The position numbers were made by a program, and so were the translations under genes. The notes under the pieces are model-generated. The model was not told the DNA's origin. It did not search any database and worked only from the letters and a program-made list of their open reading frames with translations. From Hormiphora californensis (lineage: Eukaryota > Animalia > Ctenophora), in NCBI GenBank assembly GCA_020137815.1, contig CM035359.1, positions 2,728,001 through 2,792,000 of the forward strand: a stretch of DNA of 64,000 nucleotides. Direction: 5' to 3'. This document shows positions 1-16,129 of the stretch, in pieces. How positions within the stretch are numbered: the stretch's first letter is position 1; each line of letters begins with the position of its first letter.

Positions 1-6200
<6,200 letters not shown>

Positions 6201-7702
6201 CTTTTTCCCCTATTCACAATAATACCCTTACTCCCTTCCCGAGCGCTGTAATTTTCAACTTGGCATAGAGGGGATCAGAGAGGGAGACAGTGGAACTTAT
6301 ATTAGTTACGGAGATGGAGATTGTCTGTCTCTGATCAGAATCTCAAGTCTGATGGAAGGTGAGATTCATAGTCGTTGCTTGTTTCTGGGAAATCCCTTTT
6401 GACAATGACTGATTGGCTCTTTGCTGGTTTTGCCTTTGGTATAGATAGTTTAATTGCGTTCGTGATTTTCTTTCGGCCTGATCGGTCCTCTTCCGCATCT
6501 CCCAGGTTCGTGATATTCTTGGCCAGCATCCATTACTGGATTATCATGTTGTTGAGTAAGCGTTATGTCGGTATTTCTAGGGGATTGTCGGTATAAATAA
6601 GTCGCTCATATTATTATTATAGATGATCATTGCACCTCCTACTTGCTTGATAGAGGATGGGGTCGGATGTATAATAGCTGCTTGAGCTATAGCAGATACA
6701 CATCAGTTGCCCTTTTCAGACTGTTTCGAGCGACCTCGAACATGAAAAACTTGACGTTCAAGATACTCATGTATTAATTGCAGTAAGTCTCGAGTTCTTA
6801 TCCCGCACATTTGCACAAGCTGCACCAAGCAATCAGGCTTAGAATCCGGAGGGGATAAGGAATTTACTCGCTAATCTACAAGAGAGATGGTGAGATAGAG
6901 AGATAGAAATAGAGATAGAGATAGCGAGAGGGGGGAGGAGTGGAGAGTCAAATGGGATAGTTTAGGATATTGTGCAAACGAGGCTGTAGTCATTACCTTT
7001 TGAGAATCACTAAATGCCGCCACTGGAATGCGTGCAAAAGGTCCTCTCTCTCTATCTCTATCTCAGATCTCTATCTCTCTCTATCTCTATCTCTCTCCCT
7101 CTAGGCTTTCCAGTGGAATCCTGATAGACTTGGGTTTATTGCTTGACCTCGAAAATTAAGTAGATCCTAAAATACTTTTTATGATTATCTTAGCTGCAAC
7201 TTCCCTGATCTTTAATTGCACACCCTTAGATGATTACAGTACGAACAATATCTATCTAGGGTATGCATGCTAACTGTCCACAGCCTTTAGCACAGCATGC
7301 AATCAATTAAAGGTACTAAACAGTTGTTCAGTAAGGGGTGCTGCACTGGACAACTAAACAGCATGGATTAGTGATGAGTGACGAAAACGAGAGCGTGTGA
7401 GAAAGATCCTAACAGGAGCTGCATGCTTTTAGCACCATTGTTGAATATTGTTATGGTGAAAAGCCAACGACTAGGTGACCAAGAAACTATCCTAATCATG
7501 GAAATTTGAGCTGATGGAAGATCTTGCCTTGCCTGTTTGACCCTGTTTCAAAATAAGGAGGACCGCAGTTGCAATCAGATCTGTAAATACAGTCTAGCTC
7601 ATGCAGCGGCACCCTCTTTAGAGAGTACCATATCATATCTATTTCTGGGGGGATAGAGAGAGTTGTTCAGCACATGCATTACCCCAGACAGAAATCATTA
7701 TA

Positions 7703-9029
7703 ACGGGTGATAACTAAAAATTGTTACTTATTTGAAACGGCTGTAGCTTAGCCGGTATTGGGTATGGGAAAATAATATTGATAACATAGATAGCCCTAAC
7801 GGTTAGCTTCATGATGATAATGGAATATCCATCATACTACCACATCTCTTTCTGTAATGCCCGACAACGAACAGCTACTTCGAGAACGGGTTGTCCGGTT
7901 TTACCAACGTGTTTTACCCAGGAATAGACATGCTAAGAGGGACACGGCAAGGCACTTCGTAGCCGAGGGTGAGTATAAAAATACCATCTACAGAATCATA
8001 AACCGATTTATCGCCCGGGGCACCACTGGGAGGAAGAAAGGCTCCGGTAGAAAGGCCAGGATTATGACCCCTTATCAATGCCGCCGATTGAAGAGGTTAG
8101 TGGACCACCGCACAGGGGTTTCACAGCGCCGTCTCGCCGCCAAATTTGGGTGCACCCAGCCGTACATCTCCAAGGCCATCAAGAAACTTGGAATTGCTTG
8201 TAGAAAGAGGTCTAAGGTACCTTTCTATCGGAGTGCCACAGCGATGAGCATCGCCCAGAGAGCCTGCAGGAGATTGTACGACAAGTGGGGACAGGAGGAC
8301 TTCCTCATCGATGATGAGAAATATTTCGGTCTAAGCGGGTACCAGATGAGTGGCAATCGGTCCTTCTACACTTCAGACATCACCGCCACCCCTGATCCGG
8401 TCGCAACATTTGGTAAACAGAAGTTTGAACCCAAGGTTCTTCTTTGGATTGCCATTTCTCGCAAGGGGATTTCAAAGCCTGTTCTGATCTCTGGGAAGGG
8501 GATGGCGATTGACAAGCACAAGTACGTGAACAGCTGCCTCAAGCCCGGTCTCCTCCCCTTCATCAGGAAGCACTACCCCAACGGTGGGTACGTCTTTTGG
8601 CCCGATAAGGCAAGTGCCCATTATGCAGATCACACACTCTCTTTTCTGAGAAGAAAGAAGGTAAACTTTGTGCAGAAGGACGACAATCCGACGAGTGTGC
8701 CACAGTGCAGACCCATCGAAGACTTCTTTGGACTTTTGGCTACTCGGGTGTACCAGGGAAACTGGGTTGCTAGGGACGTGGAGGAGCTCAAGAGGCGGAT
8801 AAGGAGGTGCCTGAAGGACATCCCTCAACCAACCGTACAAGCAGCTATGGACACTGTCAAGAGGAAGCTGCTGAGAGCCTATAGGAGAGGACTTCTTTCT
8901 GTTTGCCATTGATGTTTTTTGTTCAAAATTGTCTGAAAAATCGTTGTATCACTGGCGCGAAGCTCTATCTCAAAAGGGAAAAATTCTACAGCCGTTTCAA
9001 ATTAGTAACAATTTTTAGTTATCACCCGT
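7703..9029 (+). mobile_element. IS630/Tc1/mariner DNA transposon, DD37E type, full length
   Basis: ~44-bp TIRs ACGGGTGATAACTAAAAATTGTTACT(T/A)ATTTGAAACGGCTGTAG at 7703-7746 and 8986-9029 (1 mismatch); TA duplication at 7701-7702 and 9030-9031; single transposase ORF inside. Confidence 0.95.
7857..8912 (+). CDS. Tc1/mariner-superfamily transposase, DD37E catalytic triad, 351 aa
   Basis: N-terminal HTH region with GSGRK linker; IDDEKYF (D1), FWPDKASAH (D2), PQCRPIEDFF (E); 37 residues counted between D2 and E; uninterrupted ORF. Confidence 0.93.
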   Translation: MPDNEQLLRERVVRFYQRVLPRNRHAKRDTARHFVAEGEYKNTIYRIINRFIARGTTGRKKGSGRKARIMTPYQCRRLKRLVDHRTGVSQRRLAAKFGCTQPYISKAIKKLGIACRKRSKVPFYRSATAMSIAQRACRRLYDKWGQEDFLIDDEKYFGLSGYQMSGNRSFYTSDITATPDPVATFGKQKFEPKVLLWIAISRKGISKPVLISGKGMAIDKHKYVNSCLKPGLLPFIRKHYPNGGYVFWPDKASAHYADHTLSFLRRKKVNFVQKDDNPTSVPQCRPIEDFFGLLATRVYQGNWVARDVEELKRRIRRCLKDIPQPTVQAAMDTVKRKLLRAYRRGLLSVCH

Positions 9030-9036
9030 TAGTTAT

Positions 9037-9145
9037 CAGGAACCGACCGAATTAAGTAAACAGCCAATCAGAACTCGTTATTTAGGTCACGTGACTGGTT
9101 ATCAGCCAATCAGGGACCAGTATTTCCTGATTCGGTCGGTTCCTG
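9037..9145. mobile_element. Small hAT-like MITE (109 bp)
   Basis: TIRs CAGGAACCGACCGAAT / ATTCGGTCGGTTCCTG; 8-bp TSD ATAGTTAT (right copy 9146-9153; left copy is restored when the adjacent Tc1 element is removed). Confidence 0.75.
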
Positions 9146-9297
9146 ATAGTTATAGAGGGCAACTGCAGGGACCCACATCATGGTTCAATGCTCGACAAGA
9201 TATGACTTGTGGTAACTTGCTGGGATAATCGGCTAACATTTTGACCTTTGTTATTTACCACTGCTTTATGTTTGACGTCTTGTCCAAACCAATCACT

Positions 9298-10239
9298 GCC
9301 AATATTGACCAAAACTTTGGAATTTCGCATTTAATTCAAATTGGGAAACTTTGTACTTTGCCATTACGTGTTTGATAAAGGAGCACTAACAAGTCACAGA
9401 GCAGAATTCTATTCATTACTCGTTCGTTACGTTGCAGTTCGTTTCACTTTTGCTTGTCTCAGACACCAATAAGGGCTCTTCCTCTCACTAAAATGCAACT
9501 TAAATCCGTCTCAAATACCCATTTCTAGCACACATGAACTCCCAGTTACCACTGAACTGTCTCTCGGACCTGGCCTAGTCTCATCACTAAATTACAGCTA
9601 CATTCTTGGCCAATATTGACCAAAACTTTGGAATTTCGCATTTAATTCAAATTGGGAAACTTTGTACTTTGCCATTACGTGTTTGATAAAGGAGCACTAA
9701 CAAGTCACAGAGCAGAATTCTATTCATTACTCGTTCGTTACGTTGCAGTTCGTTTCACTTTTGCTTGTCTCAGACACCAATAAGGGCTCTTCCTCTCACT
9801 AAAATGCAACTTAAATCCGTCTCAAATACCCATTTCTAGCACACATGAACTCCCAGTTACCACTGAACTGTCTCTCGGACCTGGCCTAGTCTCATCACTA
9901 AATTACAGCTACATTCTTGGCCAATATTGACCAAAACTTTGGAATTTCGCATTTAATTCAAATTGGGAAACTTTGTACTTTGCCATTACGTGTTTGATAA
10001 AGGAGCACTAACAAGTCACAGAGCAGAATTCTATTCATTACTCGTTCGTTACGTTGCAGTTCGTTTCACTTTTGCTTGTCTCAGACACCAATAAGGGCTC
10101 TTCCTCTCACTAAAATGCAACTTAAATCCGTCTCAAATACCCATTTCTAGCACACATGAACTCCCAGTTACCACTGAACTGTCTCTCGGACCTGGCCTAG
10201 TCTCATCACTAAATTACAGCTACATTCTTGGCCAATATT
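9298..10239. repeat. Tandem repeat, 311-bp unit x3, apparently identical copies
   Basis: GCCAATATT recurs at 9298, 9609, 9920 and 10231 (spacing 311). Confidence 0.9.
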
Positions 10240-10657
10240 ACCCACCGTCCCACCCCCACCCGCCCTCCCCCACCCACCTCTCCCAATATAGTGGACATTG
10301 CTATACACCACACTACAGAGACAATCCTTGTGTTTTGGTGCACTAAGTCGCTTATCGCGTGTAACAACTAACAAATGTTCTTATCTGTCCCATCCGCATA
10401 GTATTCTAGAACATTTTACAGTATATTGGTGCTACATTCAGTCCTACCCCTTATCTGTGTTCAATCGTGTTTGTTTATCTTCATCTCCGATCCACTGGAA
10501 ATGCATATACCTCTCATCTCATCATCAACAACATCACGGTACCAATCATCCATCAAAATTCTGTAAGTTCACCTGTCCGTATTGTCTGTTCACAGATTGT
10601 GTAAAGTTTATATTGTGAATGTAATTTACTATTCAAAACACGGTAAACATCGGGATT

Positions 10658-10812
10658 CCAGACCCAAACTCAAGAAATTCTCAAAGGCAAAACGTTACCT
10701 TGTTCCAGACCAAACTAAACTCAAGACACTCTCAAAGGCAAAACGTTACCTTGATCCAGACTAAACCAAACTCAAGACTCTCTCAAAGGCAAAACGTTAC
10801 CTTGTTCCAGAC
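10658..10812. repeat. ~51-bp tandem repeat x3
   Basis: CCAGAC..AAACTCAAGA..CTCTCAAAGGCAAAACGTTACCTTG recurs three times. Confidence 0.75.
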
Positions 10813-11603
10813 TCAGAAGCTGACAGGACATAAAGCTTGCGTGAGAGTGCCCGAATACAGACCACAAACAGTTAGAATATCAGAGAAATTTTGTTTGATT
10901 TTGGTGTAATTTTGAGCGTGATATTTTAGCTACTATCTTTCATACAGACCACAGACTTTATGACAGGTTGCAACACCGTTCTGTCGTGCGGCAGAGTTTG
11001 GTACGCTATAACCTAGAGCCACACACACACACACACACCAATCACTGCGGTATTATACTGTTCGAAAATACATCACTGAGTTTGGCGTTGTAGTAGGAAA
11101 TTGGAAAGCTTTTGTACCCATAGCTGTTTCCTAGGCCAGGGGCGGCAATTTCTGATTTGCCGCATACGGCGTCTAGACGGCGTCGCAACGCCGTCTAGAC
11201 GGCGTCTAGACGGTATACCGTCTGGACGGGTTTCGGTGAAATCAGCTAAAAACGGTACCGAAATTGCTTGAGACGGGTTATAGACGGTATCAGACGGTCT
11301 CTAGACGGGTTATAGACGGTATCAGACGGTGTGTGTGTGTGTCGTGTACCTCCCGTACTTCCACCCACTTGCTGTCGTTGGGGAGCAGCGTTCCCTAGAT
11401 GTATCAGACGGTGTTGCGACGGTATCAGACGGTCTCTAGACGGTGTCTAGACGGTACCGTCCCGGCGTCTGGACGGCGTCTGGACGGTGTCTAGACGGTA
11501 TCCGTCCGAAGTTGAGACGGCACGTCTGAAAATTGTACCAGACGTTGAGACGGACTTTTAGAACTCCGTCTGTATTTCAGACGGAGTTTTAAAAGTACGT
11601 CTC

Positions 11604-12125
11604 AGTAGTAGGTAAAATAGCCCCGCTGTCTCACCTAAAAGTGAGCCACACCATATTTGGGCATATGACGTCATCACATGCCCAAATATGGGCATATGAC
11701 GTCACATCACGTGACTTATCACGTGACATATCACGTGGTCGTGTATATGACGTCACATCACGTGATATGTCACGTGATCACGTGACATATCACGTGACAT
11801 TAGCACATGAGCACGTCATGTGACATTCTCTATTGGTTTGTGTTTGTCACATAATATGGTCACATTCTCAGGTTACCCCTAGAGCCATGTACCAGGTGCA
11901 GTGGCGTCATGACTACTAATGCATTGGTCTGCATATCAACTATCAAGTGCTGGAAATAGAGAGTGAGAGAGGGATAGAGAGAGATATTCGGCATATTATG
12001 AAGTAATCATGAATGATCATTCAGTGACAGTGAATGATCATTAATGATCATGAATGATCATTTTAAGGTCATTTTAGAGGTAGAGACAAATAAACTAATC
12101 TTTTTTTTTAAAGGATATCAAATAT
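11604..12125 (+). repeat. Left terminal inverted repeat of the mini-Polinton
   Basis: Reverse complement of 16130-16730 with small indels; contains 7 CACGTG and 3 TGACGTCA motifs and a TGATCA-rich block. Confidence 0.88.
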
Positions 12126-12145
12126 ATATTTCACATAATCTAAGG

Positions 12146-13444
12146 TTATACAATAAAGAACTGACGGTTTTTGTTAACTTCAATAATTTGTTCATACCAA
12201 GCCAAAACAATAACCACCAAATCTTCAGTTGGCTCCCGAAGCATTTCCAAAGATAAACTAACATTCCCACTTCGTCCCAAGTTTAACCCATGTTGATTCT
12301 GCGTTTTGTCTTGCGTTAGATCAAAAGCCAATGCAGGATAAACTCGGTAATGGTGACAAACCAAAGAATCTGCTTTGCTACCAGTTTCCAGAACAAATTC
12401 AGCCAGCATATTTGTCTCTAAATGATCGGTCATTTCCAAAGCTCGGGGAAAATGCTCTCTTCCATTGACATAAAGTTGAGCTGATTTTACTAAACGGAGA
12501 GAATAGGGATTTTTACTACGCTTATTTCCAATGAGAGCATTTCTATCTTGTACACAGACGAGAAAGAAATAAGGTAGTGGTCCATTAAGGAGATTATCAA
12601 TTTGAATGTTGGTGGTTCCATTTGAAACTGGGAAGGTAGTCATGATTTTCTTATCTGCATGATAAATCGCCCTTTCTTTTACAAGTCGTCTTTCTATAGC
12701 AGAAATAATAGCATCTCTAGGGCGCTGGAAAGTACATCTTAGAATTACTTTGTTGAAATGAACTTCATCAGTGTTAGTATCAGCCGCCAGGAGAATATAA
12801 CCAGAGTCGTTTTTCGTTAACTTCACATGGTACGTTACCTCCGATGGAAGAAGTTTTCCTTGCTTGAACAAAGGTATATTGAACTCCGATCTCAGGTAAA
12901 CTTTCTTACCCTCTTCAATAACTTTAGCTCTTTCTTGGCCACTTGCATTTTTGGGGCTTCCTGTTGTTGGATAGAAGACCAAGTTTTCACTTCCGTCTTT
13001 ATCGCCCACAGTATCAAGGAGCAATCCTTCTCTCCTCTTAATCAAAGGTTTCGAATCGTGACTGTTGTGAATAACATCATCCCAGAACTTGAAAATCCCG
13101 TAGGCATTCTCATAAGATTGAACTAACGGTACACCGCCAACCTCAACCTCAACATTCCTCCACAAACTTGCAGCAAGATGTGGTGCAGTTGACACATTTT
13201 GATCAGCTGCTGGATTTGTCCCAGTTGCTGTAAGAACCCGAAGTTCTGTGAAAATGTCAACACTTTCCAACATGAAACTTTCCATAGATGGGATTGTAAA
13301 ATTTATTTCATCAGAGTACTCAAGTGAGTTGGAGGGATAAACATCTACCCATTTTGTCTCTACAATGGCTGCCTGGGTGGGCTGAGGATCCCATAGATGT
13401 AGTTGAGAGGGAAATCCCTCTGCAGACTTAATATACTTAGTCAT
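12146..13444 (-). CDS. Polinton/Maverick-type major capsid protein (double jelly-roll), 432 aa from the ATG at 13444
   Basis: Intact ORF. N-terminal LHLWDPQPTQAAIVETKWVDVYP..L....INFTIP resembles the Maverick MCP LDLF..PPTQ..I....WV...P......IEF.I pattern; also NPYS, LYVNG...P, C-terminal ALAFDLTQD...G.VSL.L and terminal I.VNKNR motifs. Confidence 0.85.
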   Translation of the reverse strand: MTKYIKSAEGFPSQLHLWDPQPTQAAIVETKWVDVYPSNSLEYSDEINFTIPSMESFMLESVDIFTELRVLTATGTNPAADQNVSTAPHLAASLWRNVEVEVGGVPLVQSYENAYGIFKFWDDVIHNSHDSKPLIKRREGLLLDTVGDKDGSENLVFYPTTGSPKNASGQERAKVIEEGKKVYLRSEFNIPLFKQGKLLPSEVTYHVKLTKNDSGYILLAADTNTDEVHFNKVILRCTFQRPRDAIISAIERRLVKERAIYHADKKIMTTFPVSNGTTNIQIDNLLNGPLPYFFLVCVQDRNALIGNKRSKNPYSLRLVKSAQLYVNGREHFPRALEMTDHLETNMLAEFVLETGSKADSLVCHHYRVYPALAFDLTQDKTQNQHGLNLGRSGNVSLSLEMLREPTEDLVVIVLAWYEQIIEVNKNRQFFIV

Positions 13445-13480
13445 AGTTACTCCTCTGTCCCATTGCAAGCCTTTTATAGT

Positions 13481-13792
13481 TTATGATAACTGACCATATC
13501 TTCTTTTTCCAAGCTTGTTAGTAAGTTTATTAGTTCCAGTCTCAATTTGCTTTGCTGCATAATTACTAGCTGCTCCGACAAGCTGATGTCCAGCTTCTTG
13601 TAGACCGGGTTTTGCTATTTCAAATCCTTGTTTTAGAATAGTCTTCCCGATTGGAATTACAGTTTTGAATATTTTTTTCAAAAAACCTCCTATTCCAGCA
13701 CCTGATTGGTTCGAATAGACACCGAGTTCCCGTGAAAGTGCTTGGTCGTAGACTGCGGGATTGGGAGTAACATCGACATAAGGCACACGCAT
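13481..13792 (-). CDS. Small Polinton/adintovirus-like virion protein with QxGxG motif and cationic amphipathic helix (putative membrane-penetration/core protein), 103 aa
   Basis: NQSGAGIGGFLKKIFKTVIPIGKTILKQG; lies directly upstream of the MCP on the same strand, the position where Mavericks carry a small QxGxG protein. Confidence 0.65.
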   Translation of the reverse strand: MRVPYVDVTPNPAVYDQALSRELGVYSNQSGAGIGGFLKKIFKTVIPIGKTILKQGFEIAKPGLQEAGHQLVGAASNYAAKQIETGTNKLTNKLGKRRYGQLS

Positions 13793-13866
13793 GATTGATT
13801 ATTTTTTAGCTGTAAGTCCTATATATAGCCTGGATGTTCATCAAATGATCATCGCCATCATTTGTC
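13793..13866. promoter_or_regulatory. Putative bidirectional promoter between the divergent gene pairs
   Basis: 74-bp spacer between head-to-head ATGs (13792 on -, 13867 on +) containing the self-complementary CTATATATAG at 13819-13828. Confidence 0.45.
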
Positions 13867-15669
13867 ATGGAGTGTATGTATTGCAATCGAATGTTTTCAA
13901 CTAAACACAGCCTGGCTACACATAAGAGCCGATACCACAATACTGATTTCCGATCGGAATGCGAGAGCAATGAATCGTTAATCATGTTAATGATGAAAGC
14001 AGTTTTAGATGGGGATATTGTACTAACAACGGCGGAAAAGGAACGGTTAAAGCCAGCTAGGGAAAGTATACGGAAAATTGGGCAGGTGCACAGTTGCTCG
14101 ACAGTCTATTTCTGGCTGCTATTTCTGGCTGCTATTTCTTCCTGCTATTTCTGGCTGCTATTTCTGGCTGCTATTTCTGGCTGCTATTTCTGGCTGCAAG
14201 ACCTATTTCTGGCTGCAAGACCTATTTCTGGCTGCTAGACCTATTTCTGGCTGCAAGCAGCCAGAAATAGATTTAGCAGCCAGAAATAGATTTTAGCAGC
14301 CAGAAATAGGGTTTCTCTCACGTGATCTCTCTATCTCTGTATGGGATACGAGAGACGAATCGGTGAAGTGATTTGGTATCTGCAACTGTAATTGGGTATG
14401 GGATACGGGAGACGAATCGGTGAAATGATTCGGTATCTGCAACTAATTTGGTATGGGATACGGGAAACGAATCGGTGAAGTGATTCGGTATCTGCAACTA
14501 ATTGGGTATGGGATATGAGAGGCACCTCTTTTGTTTTACCTGTCCCCTAGCTCCAAACTTGAAATTTACGCCATCGAATATGTGTTATCACACCCATTGC
14601 ATCACCGATAAACTGATCTCATATCACGCTGTGTAATATGTCGGGATAGGATAACCGATAAACAGATCTCTTATCGTGTAACTTTTCATGCCTCGTGTCA
14701 CAAACAAGGTGGGTGGGACCCATTATGACAATCCATTATAAAAGGCCAAATTTTGACGTCAAGGCATCGCAATCAATTATGCCGCCACCGGACAGCTCCT
14801 ATACCTTCTCTCCCACGAAACGACAAAACCACGAACACTCCTTGATCAGGGACAACATCGAGGAGGAGCCTCGACATTTGCTCCCTCTGTATGGAGGGAA
14901 GACTCCAGCTTCAGGCCTGCCCTCTGAACAGGCCCACATCTCCGCTCCGGATCCTGCGGCGTTTCAACCTGTGTGCCTGCCGGGAGGTATCGAGGACCGT
15001 AAACCTGGATCCGAATACGCACATCGAGAGGACCATAGTGGACCAGTTCCTATGCGACCACCATCTTCCTCGCCAACACGTCCAGCAGCAGCGCCCGACT
15101 GAGGACAACATACTCGATCTGCAACTAATTTGGCAGGTCCCGTATCCCATACCCAATTAGTTGCAGATACTGAATTACTTCACCGATTCGTCTCTCGTAT
15201 CCCATACAGAGATAGAGAGATCACGTGAGAGAAACCCTATTTCTGGCTGCTAAAATCTATTTCTGGCTGCTAAAATCTATTTCTGGCTGCTATTTCTGGC
15301 TGCTAAATCTATTTCTGGCTGCTTGCAGCCAGAAATAGGTCTTGCAGCCAGAAATAGGTCTTGCAGCCAGAAATAGCAGCCAGAAATAGCAGCCAGAAAT
15401 AGCAGCCAGAAATAGACTGTCGAGCAACTGTGCACCTGCCGAAAATTGTTGATTGCGAAAAAAGCCTAAGCGAAGTATTTGACAAAAATCTTGAGCTAGC
15501 AATCAAACTGATCATCAAATTGGTCAAACAAAAGTTTCCCACCCTAATATTCGACAGTCCGAGTAAGTCGTACAATTCACCTGGTGATCCCGATTCAACT
15601 TCAAGTGAAGAATACGATTCTGAAGGCAGAAGCGACAGTTCAAGGGAGAGTTCTGGGCACAGTAATTAG
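13867..15669 (+). pseudogene. C2H2 zinc-finger protein of the mini-Polinton (144 aa when restored), interrupted by a 1360-bp insertion
   Basis: MECMYCNRMFSTKHSLATHKSRYH is CX2CX12HX4H; joining 14080 to 15449 (removing the insert and one TSD) gives in-frame ...ESIRKI-VDCEKSLSEV... through to the stop at 15669; acidic/Ser-rich tail. Confidence 0.8.
14081..15440. mobile_element. Non-autonomous TIR element (Merlin- or MULE-like) inserted in the zinc-finger gene
   Basis: Termini GGCAGGTGCACAGTTGCTCGACAGTC / GACTGTCGAGCAACTGTGCACCTGCC; 8-bp TSD GAAAATTG at 14073-14080 and 15441-15448; arms with 13-bp CTATTTCTGGCTG arrays and ~57-bp subrepeats. Confidence 0.88.
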
Positions 15670-15706
15670 TATTTAAGTACATATAATAAGTCAATACAAA
15701 AGAAAG

Positions 15707-16123
15707 ATGGATGTAATCGTATGCAGTAATGAACAAAATCCCGCCAACTTCACGGTTGAGCTAGAAGAAGCTCTTGATCTATCTAAAATGTATCAAGTTG
15801 CAATAAAAAGTATATCGATTGCAACTCCATCAAATGATGACTTACCTGCGGGAAGGAAATTAGGACTTATCTACTCTAATATGGTTCATCCCACAAACGT
15901 AAATCATGAAAAGCGGAGATTTATGGGTATCTTCCCGTTTGGACTGAATGAGGGCTACAATCATCACGAGTTTACTAACCCAACATACAGAACTGTCTCT
16001 CGCTCAGCTATAATTGAAATGGAATTCGATATACGCAATGTCAAAAATCAAGATTTAAAATTCTTAAATGAGATTATACAGGACTTCCCGACTGTGATAG
16101 CGTTGCATTTTCGAGAAATTTAA
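15707..16123 (+). CDS. Polinton/Maverick-type minor capsid (penton, single jelly-roll) protein, minimal 138 aa
   Basis: N...FTVEL...LDL...YQVAIKSISI; IYSNMV; F..P.YR.V....I.EMEFDIR; C-terminal VIALHFR. These match the motif pattern of Polinton minor capsid proteins. Confidence 0.8.
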   Translation: MDVIVCSNEQNPANFTVELEEALDLSKMYQVAIKSISIATPSNDDLPAGRKLGLIYSNMVHPTNVNHEKRRFMGIFPFGLNEGYNHHEFTNPTYRTVSRSAIIEMEFDIRNVKNQDLKFLNEIIQDFPTVIALHFREI

Positions 16124-16129
16124 TTTTAA

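Noticed and set aside
9298-10239. Possible CRISPR-like array
   Set aside because: Units are contiguous identical 311-mers with no variable spacers; eukaryotic context and no cas genes
13445-13468. MCP start at 13468 as given in the ORF track
   Set aside because: That start is a TTG codon; the first ATG is at 13444 and lies just before the conserved N-terminal motif
14078-14525. ORFs with repeated ISGCYFWLLFLAA or PIRLPYPIPN
   Set aside because: These are translations of 13-bp and ~57-bp subrepeats in the inserted TIR element
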